Of a stretch of DNA of 64,000 bases, positions 53,743 through 64,000 are shown in pieces. The stretch is from assembly GCF_009914755.1 (NCBI RefSeq), contig NC_060926.1. The stretch is one strand, 5' to 3'. A program made the position numbers and the translations under genes. Every line of letters starts with the position of its first letter. Positions within the stretch are counted from its first letter, which is position 1. The notes below the pieces were generated by a model that saw only the letters and a list, made by a program, of their open reading frames with translations, was not told the DNA's origin and searched no databases. The stretch comes from the human T2T-CHM13v2.0 reference genome, Homo sapiens.

Positions 53743-56700
53743 AAACTTGAAGTTCCTAGTTCATTAATAGGAAGTAGGAAAAAAAGTAAGTGAAAAGACT
53801 GAAAGTAAATAAAGCTTTAAGGTAAGAAGCAACTTTCTCACTAAAGTATACTCATCTTAGCAACATACCTCAAAAGAAAGTACAAACTCTATAAATTGCC
53901 CAAATTATTGTTGGATTTATACAATCAGGAAAGCCAAATTTGGATAGTACTTTCATTTTGCAATCATGTTTCTCAACTAAAACAGGTTTGTATCTGCTAT
54001 TTTTTGTAACTAGTCATTTTTAAGAACTGCTGAAGAATAATTCAAGATGCTATACCTTAATACAAAAGTGAAAAGATGCAGGCAAATCACTGAGATTTAT
54101 ATCCTCATGATTTCATAAATCCTACTACTTCTGAAGGAGAAATTGCTACTAAGACTTCAGGCAGATATGCCAAATTAATCCCTTCTTTCTTCTGAGTGAA
54201 TGTCCTATGTTCTATGTAATACGACAAATGTCACTATTCTAAGAGAATTCTAACATTCTAAAACTTTTTTAAAAAGATTTTCATTTATTAAACATGTTAT
54301 ATCATCAGGAATTTCAAAGAGAAAATGTCAATGCCCTCTAAGTTTCTAATTCTCAACCCACAAATTCAATTTGTTTCATGGGCTTTGGGGAATTAATAAA
54401 TATGAGATATTTATTTGTAAGTCAAAATCTAAAACTGAGTCCCCCTGACAATCTGATGATGATTTGTGACATAACATTCCCAAAAGAAGAAAAAAAAGTT
54501 TCACATTTTGCTTCATCTAAAAACACAAAATTGTTTTCTAATTATAATGGCACATATTACACTCTGTATTTCAATAATATTTTATCTTGACTCTTTACAT
54601 GTGTAATCACTTAACCCAGGCAAAGATCTAATAATTAACAAGAAAAAAATCATGAAATTCAGGATTTATGAAGTGTTTTCAGTTCCCTTGTCAAGACCAC
54701 ATGAGGGAAAAAGTATAATAGCAACATCCAAATATGTACTCTATTCCACCTGCATATCCATTACCACAATGCAAAGAATCAGCACAAAAATAAATACTCC
54801 ACTAAATGTCCTGGTAATTTTGATCACCTCTATTTCAAAATGCATTATTCAACCAGGGTTATCTTCTGATAGAAAGAGAAGGTTAAGGAAAGCATTCTTA
54901 GCACATTGACAAATGCATTTCATTTTTATTATGTGGAAACAAACAAAAACTGTATTTAATATTAATATCATTTTAGCATTTGAGAGCTTTTGCTTTTCTA
55001 AATGAGATGATTGCATGAAAGAAGGCATTTTTTGGGTCAAATTTCCAATGTATCTACAGGTTGTTTTAATTTCATTATTTAACTCGCCGTACTCATAGCA
55101 CATACACGTACAACTAAGTACAAATCGCTTATATCAAATATAAGATGTATTAAAGCCTTTCCCTCTCTCCAACAGTGCTCTAGGATGCATTACCAGGCAA
55201 GCAGATAAGTGTAATGATGAATTGCATAATATGGCCAACATTAATAGAGTGGTTTTCTACAAATGTATTGCAAAAAATAAATACTTCACTTTTCAGAACA
55301 TAACTATTTGGATGTCACATGTTAGCAAAGGACAAAGTGGCAGATATTAGCAACTTTAAATCTGTAGGTCCTGGATTAAACAATATAAAGGAACTTGAGA
55401 GAAATGACAATGCATCTAGAGCACAGATGAGGTTGAAGGTAAGAGTCTATTCTTGAGGGTCTAATTAGGTTCTTCCCATCTCTCCATTTTTTTTTTTTTT
55501 TTAAATCTTCATAGAGACGCCTTAGCAGAAGCTATCGGCTTTGACAGTACACCGAAATCCTGGCAGTGAACCATAAATTGACCATTACCATAAAAAGAGC
55601 TGCTAAACGAGAAACCATGTGCTCAGTATAAAACTAATTTCATGCTTTCAAAAGCACACAGTGGCTTCTAGCAAGATAGTGGCCCTGGGACTTGCCGAGA
55701 CAGATTGGTGAACACAAATGGTTTGCTCCTGATGCGTCTGCTTAGCCAAGCTTTACGTGTACTGGCAGTAAAAGAGGTTCTCGAGCCTTCTATCAAACAA
55801 ATACACACTTAGCTATAACTTTAAAGCTGAAAGCTATAAAACAGCTGCCTCAAATAAATATAGCAGGAAAAACACATACACTTATATACATACACACCCC
55901 ATGTGCCATGCTAGCTGCTTCCAATCAAAGAAAAATAGATTCCCCTGCCAACCTAATATACTAAACAGACACTTAATAAGCACAATGCTATTTAATACAT
56001 TATAACCCTCACACTCCATTCATGCTTAGAAACACCAGAATTAGAGTTTAGCCAAGCCTAAGCAATAGCACTCCATCTACTTGGAGGCTAACTTTGTGTC
56101 TGCCCTTATCTAGTTGGCTTTCAAATACCATATACTTACAAGGCTACATCAAACCTTTCCAAGCATGATGATCTAGTAATTTAACCTCTCCAGGTGAGCA
56201 CAGGTATTTTATTTATATTTAAATGATACAATCTGCTACATTTAAAGCATCTCAGCTAATAAGAACACACTTCATGAAGAAATACTGTTAATTTCCTCCC
56301 ATTCTCATTCGGCACACAGTCGTTAGAAATTAATTACTGTTGGTTGTCCAGTACATGACCGGTCATAACTTTTAATTATTAATAATGTCTAGCTTCACAA
56401 GTTGTCAACTCCAGTATGTAATCCACATCACTTACTTTCTTAGTTATCTCGAAACATGACTTGTCTCCTCCTATCTGTCTTTCATGTCAAAGATTCTACA
56501 AAGTACATTTTGTTTATAGCCTTTTTAATAACATCTGAAACACATAATAACACTGCTAATTACCTACTTTCAGTAATGGTAGCAAATTGCATAATATCAC
56601 TGACTTGTTCAGAATGTTTAAAATGCAAAGGAAGTCACCTACTGGTAAGATGTCCTCGGCAAACAGCTAGCACAGAAAGAAAGGGATGGTTATCACACCC

Positions 56701-58861
56701 ATGTAAGGAGTTACTTCGCAACAAAATTAAAGAATCATATATTTTGCTCTTCAGCTTTGCTCCTTCAGATGTGTCAGCACAATGTGATAAACACAATTGA
56801 GGACTCCACAGGATTCAGCATAACATACAAAAGAATCTGTTACTGACATCCCAGACCCCAGCATCCAAGTTTTAGAATAAAAACGCTCACCTCTGCTAGG
56901 AAGTCCACTCCACATCCTGGCAGGGCTCTCACCAGCTTCAAGAGCAACCAAGTTGGATAAACAAAACTTCCAGTATGTGACCAGGATAATGCACAGCGCT
57001 ACCGAGACTTGGCTCCAGCCCTGATTATCTGTGTGACAGCACCACGTTATATCAGTGCCGCTCCAAGCCTTCCCAGTTGCTGGCTTATTGCACTGCTCAT
57101 TGAAAATCCTTTACATGCTGGCAACATTTTAGGGAAGAACAAGCACACTCTGAGTCATTTGTAAAGAAAGCAGAGCAATTTCAATTCTATATCTCCATGT
57201 GTGCTGAAACCAGAAGCACTGTCAATGTACAAGTCTGAGGTGGATTTATGCTGAGAAACAGGCAACCTAAGCCTTCATTATCAATGCATGAAATCAGCCA
57301 CTGTGATCAAATTCAAGCAAACCACAAGAAGGATGTGATTATGAAAGTCTCCACAGATTTAGCACCAAACCTTGTGGAATAAAGAATCATCTATTGAAAT
57401 TGTGTAAATGTTAAAAATAGCTCTGGCTTTTCAACAATGAGCAGGATACAGGGAAGAAATCAGTAGTCTATATTACGAGGACTTATAAAGGCTGCATAAA
57501 TCAAAATAGCTGTAGGTTCCTGGGACTTCGCTATAGACAAATGAAATCACTGGAGACTATGACAATTATAACAAAAATAATTCCATATATTTGACATAGA
57601 TGTCCATTAAAGGGCAAATCAAACATCCTTTAACTCCTAAGTGCCCATCTCTAAATTAAAATAATGGTGATAGTTAAAAATGTGCGATGCTATGCTAGCA
57701 CCAGGACAAAATACCATCAATTTTATTCTAAGATAATTTCATAAACAATAGAGATTTAAATCTATTCTGTGTAACAATAAACATGCAAGATAGATATTTT
57801 AACACTACAATCTTTGCTCATTATTTTAAAAAATCTATAGTTCATTAAACCCATGTATTTTTATCCCAACTACCCCCAAATTTATACTTTTGCTTTTTAT
57901 AATCCTTTCTGTTTTGTTACTAAAATATAAGATGCAAGAGCTACTGGACATCGTCTTTAGAAGACACAAGGTCAGAAAGCAGTATTAGATATACCCCAGA
58001 AATACATATACCCCAGAAAGCAGTAGCAGTGCTTTGAGATCACAAAATATACAGATTTGACATGTGCATGCAAACTGCAAAGCAAAAAAGAAATAAAATG
58101 TTTATTAAAAATCACAAAAGTAAACTGGAAGAAATTCCTAGGAGGCAACATTGACAACACATTTAAGGTTCTATTCAATTTTTTAAAAAGGGTTTTAGGT
58201 TCTCATTGAGACTCTGAAGGCCAGACAAACTAGAATCCAGTAAAGGCAATTCCTGATTTGAGGATCTCCTATAAATGACTGGGTTCAGTTCTAGTAATCC
58301 TACCAGCTCTGAGATGACACATTTAGAAGTGTCTACAATATGAAACATCTGTGTAAAACTAAGCAGCACACATTTACGTAACACAGCATTCTGGAGCAAC
58401 ATTAAACACAGCACTCTCATGGGCATTCTCACTATGTCCCCATATGGAAAGTTGACTCCTTACGGGCTGCTGGTTAGATGCCCTTGCTTGGAGACAGATT
58501 AGACACACGATTGGATATGCACATGCGTGTGCGTATACATATACCTATGCCATTGAACACAATTGCCCCTCACAGTCACTTTTGCCACCTGAATTCTATT
58601 TGTCACCTGAAGCCCCTAGGGCAACATTTGAATGTATTATGAGAAAAGGCATTGGGCATCATTGACTTTGCAATTGTTCAGTGTCCTCTCTCTCTTCTGT
58701 CCTCTCTGCCTCACCCAACACACACATAAACTTTCCTTCGAAAATAGTCATAGGAATAGTTCATGAGAGATTGTATGCCTAAAAATCTTTTTATTATTAC
58801 CACACATGAAGCTCCCTAGTAATAAGATAAAAGTTTAAAATTAAACCAGGATATTTGATTA

Positions 58862-59210
58862 TACGCCAATCCCTTATCTAAAACCCTTCGGGCTTGATGC
58901 ATTTCAGAATTCAAACGTTTTCAGATTTTAGAAAGGTAATACTCTACGTATGCCAGGAATTATATAATGCCTCCAGTGGCAGATGTTATATAATGCCGCA
59001 CTGGGGTCTGGGGCAACAACTCTATAATCAGACACATTAACATTCTATAGCAAAACCTGTGCATATTCATACTCATTGGGATAAATAAATGCTATAATTT
59101 AAGCTCACATTAGTTCATGTCACGTTTTCCCATCAATATGAATTATAAAATCTTCCAGTTCTCACTGCTTCTTGGATTTCGGAAATTGCAAGTAAGAGAT
59201 TGTGGACTGT
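58862..59210. mobile_element. MER46C-like (TcMar-Tigger)
   Basis: ATCCCTTATCTAAAACCCTT...GATTTTAGAAAGGTAATA...GGGGTCTGGGGCA...AAGAGATTGTGGACTGTA. Confidence 0.75.
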
Positions 59211-62200
59211 ATAAATGTTTACCTAAACTGCTAGAAAGTTATGGATTGGGAAATGGTACCTAAGCAGATGTTCTCTTGCTTAGGCAAGAAATCTGGAGGG
59301 TAGTGTTACTTTAATGGATGGGCAAAAATATGAGGGAAGGTGCTGTTAAGAATGAGACACAAAGCAGAGCAGATATGTGGCAATAATGCACGATGACAAA
59401 ACTAGGACATGGAAAAGATAGGCAAGAAGAAGCCACTTAAAATGACTGAATCAAAAAAAAATACAAAACATAATAATAATAGTACTCATTGATCACCTAA
59501 ACTCTATACCCACTAGTGTGAAAGGCACTTGACATAAGTATTTTTTTAGCAACCTACCTTAATTTTCAAAAGGAAATTTTAAAAGGACACATGTATTTCA
59601 GAGGGAGGCAAAACATTGGGTTATCTCACCCTCTTCTCATTGTACCCAAAAGCAAAATATCCATAATGTTAAACAGTGCATGTGACACTGTCAGACACAA
59701 ACAAAAAAATAACCTTTGCCTTATGAAGTAAAGATTTCTGTTTTATTTGTATATGCTATAAACTACTTGCAATAGAGGTTCTTTAAAATCAGTTTTAGAA
59801 AAAAGTAGCAATATTTTCTGCCATCAAGAGCCAACTGTTTAGTTTTAAAATCCATTTTAAAAACAAATGTTCTCAAAAAACAAGAATAATGTGTTGCATT
59901 TGCTTGGAGTCTTTCTTATGACTACACTTCCCAAATAAATACTTTTCTTTCAGTACATTAAAGAACTTTAATATAGCAGAGCATTGACACTACACTTAAG
60001 ATTTTGGGTCAATAGAACATCCGCTGTCTTCAAAGAGCATTTCCTGGGTGCCTTTTGGGGCCTAGACCTGCACTGGGGAAGTGTCCAGGTGGCATTTATG
60101 TGAAGAGGGGTCTTTCTATTCACTGAACAAACTAGACTGGAATGTGTGGCTCTTAGTATCTAGAACACAATCACAAAGTCATTTTCTATCTGAAGAAGGA
60201 AACTGCATTTATTTTTTTGACAATACAACATAATTTGGTGAATTCTTCTTTTTTTTAGCAACCAAAATGGTGCCCTGAAGGTTTGATGGAGTTACAGCAG
60301 CTTCCAAAAGTAACTTACTATCCTATAAGATGAGTAACACTTCAGGGCTATGATTTAAAAAAAAAGCTCCCTATACCTTTCACATCAAGTCCATTAAATA
60401 ATAGATAAATACTCAGTGTCTACAGGACAACAGTCTCTGGATTGCAGTGCAGGCTCACCAGAGGGCAAGCTCTTGAAATGAAGTGTGTTAACATTATGTG
60501 TGAGTGCCAGCACACTCTGCCCATTAAAAAGTACAATATCCAGCCCTTCCACCTCCTCCAAACTCCATGTAATCAGAAGAGCAAATATGTTTCACAGCTG
60601 GCCCAAAAACCAGCTCGAGAAAAACCATTAGGTGCCAAGGACATATACCAACCATATGGTCAGCTGTAACATTCCAGAGGGATGTCTAACCCAGAACACT
60701 GTCCAACAGCCTCCTTGGCTGTAACACTGTTAAGATGTGAAAGTCAAATGTCTGTGTGAAGAAAGCTGGTCAGTCCAAGTGAAAATACATTCATCCCCCC
60801 AGTGGAAATTGAACTCACTAATTACCACTGGGCTTGGCTCACTACTGAAAACCCTTCTCCCCAGATTAGTTTAAAATGGGTAACACTTCTATTCCAGGCA
60901 GACACCAAGGTTTTAAATATGCCTTTGATGATTTAAATCACTCAGACATGTAAACACTTGCCATGATTGTCTAAGACTCAGTTTCCACACTGAAAGGTGT
61001 ATTTGGTTTTCAAAATCTAAAAACCAAGACTTAATATTAAGCAACTCTTATCTTTTAATACATATAATATGTAAAAGTTTATATTCAGAAGCATTCTTAA
61101 AGAAAAAGATAATCCGTCCTTCACTAAAAAAGGGTCAACCACTCCTTTTAATCATTTTATCAAACTTCCATTCAAACTCTTTTATGTATCAATCCCTTAG
61201 AGTTCTGTACTTAATCCACACACTTGTATAATCCACACCCTTGTTTGACAGTTTTTAACCACATGTACAGAATATGGAGATGTTCTATAATGACTTTGCC
61301 AAGTCTATGTCAGGTATAGTTTTAGATTTCTGACACCATTGAAAACGGCTGGAGCTCTGTCTCAAATTCAAAGCATTTGTGCAGCAGGAGGTGGTTAGAG
61401 TTGTAACTTGAGACTTCATCCTATTTCCAAAATTCTCTACTCTCATTCCCAAGGAACTTCAATCTCAATAAACCCTACAATATCAGTCTCAATTAAATTT
61501 ATCTGGGGAGAACAGATAAAGGGTACCAACTCTTATCCTTGCTTTGAAGAATAGAGTCAGGATTTTGTAAAATACTTGGAAACTAAACAGTGATCAATTC
61601 TCAGTAAGACAATGACTTAGAAAAGTATATCAGTATTCCTTCTACTATATGTATCATCACCAGGTCTGAAGTACTACAAGTGAGAGACAATTCCTGAGTG
61701 CTCTTATAAGGACCTGTGACTTATACAAAGAAAAGCGGATGCCCTATTTTCAAAGGTGTAATCTGACATATTTTGACCAAGGCCTTTTCCCCTTCTAAGT
61801 CTGTCCCTTCACTAAAAACCATAAGTCATATGGGCTCTATCCAATACATGGATTGTATAATAATTATTCTATGAAACGAGTTTTCTGAACTTACTAATTA
61901 AGAGGTTTAAAGAAATAAGTATATTGTAAATACTTTAACCCACCTACCTCACACTGAAATGATTTACTTATCTAGTGCACTTACTGGTAGAAACGCAATG
62001 ATTTGTTATACATTCACCATGGTAATTATATTTGCAAAAGTCAGATATTTTGGTTGAATGATAAATGGCAAGTTGATTCATCAAAAATTAAGTGAAAGCA
62101 AGCATTTAAAACTATGTGTTTCTACTGAAAAGGTAAAATACATTATCATACTGATGCATTCTAGCCTTGTCTCTAAATCTGTCATGCAAACCAAAGGTTG

Positions 62201-63115
62201 CATCATTTAAAATTAATGTTCATTCCTGATATCTCTTAAAATGGAGATTTTTTCCAGACATGGACAATATTAATATATTTAAGTAGTAATTTTTATTCCT
62301 GAAAACTAAAGAAAGATCTCTCCTGCTCTTCCCACCCTCCCCACCCCCTGCCATGTCTCCCCTACAGATTCTGCCTACTGCATACAAGGTGCTCAGTCTT
62401 TCAAATGAGCATGATCCTGCCCACACATGCATGTCCACACATCCTCACTCCTTGGTGTGGTATTTCTTGCTTTCCATACTCATTAATAATAAGTTCCATC
62501 AGAATATTGATGTGGGCAAGGGAGTGAAGAAACTATCATACTTTCAATATACTCATGGCACCATCTTGTGGTAATTCTGTGGTATCGCGTTTTCAAGTTT
62601 AATTTTTAAAGTTCTTCAAAAATTTCTGGGAAAACATATTTGAGGATAAATTTAACATTTTAAATATGCATGAGATGCAATGTGATAAATCTGGCCTATG
62701 TATTTAAAACCCTACACACATATTTTAAGAGTTATAATACCTATCATTAATGTCCTGACCCCAGAAGCCATTTAATACCAATAACTGTTTCTTGAATGTA
62801 GAATAGGAATGAAATTAAGAAATCTTTAAGGGAGACGGGGAAAACAATAACAGAGGATCCTGGGGGCGTCAAAGAACAGTACAGACTATAGCAGCAAGAA
62901 AAAAATAAAATTATGTATAACACTCCAACTGACAACCCATTTTCCAATCCTGCTGTCCATTCCCACATCCAAACTACTACTCCACTTCCTGCTGCAAAAT
63001 ACCCAGGTTTTATTACCCTTATCTTCTCCCCCATCCAAAATGTCCTGACTTTAAAATCTCCTCAAGCTCATTTTAAAATCTCTTTTTTTAATTTATTTAC
63101 TAATTGAATTTTAGT

Positions 63116-64000
63116 TTCTTTTTATTATTATACTTTAAGTTCTAGGGCACATGTGCACAACATGCAGGTTTCTTACATATGTATACATGTGCCATGTTCG
63201 TGTGCTGCACCCATTAACTCGTCATTTACATTAGGTATATCTCCTAATGTTATCCCTCCCCCTCTCCCCACCCCACGACAGGCCCCGGTGTGTGATGTTC
63301 CCCTTCCTGTGTCCAAGTGTTCTCATTGTTCAATTCCCACCTATGAGTGAGAACACGTGGTGTTTGCTTTTTTGTCCATGTGATAGTTTGCTGAGAATGT
63401 TGGTTTCCAGCTTCATCCATGTCCCTTCAAAGGACGTGAACTCATCATTTTTTATGGCTGCATAGTATTCCATGGTGTATATATGCCACATTTTCTTAAT
63501 CCAGTCTATCATTGATGGACATTTGGGTTGGTTCCAAGTCTTTGCTATTGTGAATAGTGCCACAATAAACATATGTGTGCATGTGCCTTTATAGCAGCAG
63601 GATTTATAATCCTTTGGGTATATACCCAGTAATGGGATAGCTGGGTCAAATGGTATTTCTAGTTCTAGATCCTTGAGGAATTGCCACACTATCTTCCACA
63701 ATGGTTGAACTAGTTTACAGTCCCACCAACAGTGTAAAAGTGTTCCTGTTTCTCCACATCCTCTCCAGCACCTGTTGTTTCCTGACTTTTTAATGATCGC
63801 CATTCTAACTGGTGTGAGATGGTATCTCATTGTGGTTTTGATTTGCATTTCTCTGATGTCCAGTGATGATGAGCATTTTTTCATTTGTCTGGCTGCATAA
63901 TTGTCTTCTTTTGAGAAGTGTCTGTTCATATACTTCACCCACTTTGTGATGGGGTTGTTTGTTTTTTTCTTGTAAATTTGTTGGGAGTTCTTTGTAGATT
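63116..64000 (-). mobile_element. L1PA (PA4/PA5-like) 3' end, continues beyond window
   Basis: TTATTATACTTTAAGTTCTAGGG terminus; ORF 63330-63938 is the ORF2 C-terminus. Confidence 0.97.

Noticed and set aside
57973-58031. Interleaved short direct repeats (CAGAAAGCAGTA, ATATACCCCAGAAA)
   Set aside because: Ordinary micro-duplication by slippage; no further structure

Overview
Hominid (human or great-ape) nuclear DNA, AT-rich and repeat-dense; the primate assignment rests on Alu, THE1 and an L1PA2-type element. I recognise no protein-coding gene, tRNA or true rRNA gene. Nearly all ORFs on the track are Alu/L1/ERV-derived or chance ORFs, so the window reads as intronic or intergenic. Main content: (1) a decayed 6.06 kb class III (ERVL-type, LTR47-like) provirus at 17176-23237 with both LTRs, a 5-bp TSD, gag-pro-pol remnants and a gamma-type env remnant with an immunosuppressive domain; a THE1D LTR sits in its protease D-T-G-A codons, and its 3' LTR has a triplicated TATA cassette followed by a GTAAGT donor. 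(2) An old mitochondrial 12S rRNA insertion (NUMT) at ~50457-50924. (3) A 5'-truncated L1PA2-type element with an 18-bp TSD, plus many older L1/L2/MIR/MER/MaLR/Alu copies. (4) Several local duplications and hairpins, isolated splice-site-bounded exon candidates, and a repeat-poor 12 kb block (51-63 kb) with enhancer-like motif clusters. Repeat family names come from my recall of consensus sequences, not from a search; boundaries of old repeats are approximate.
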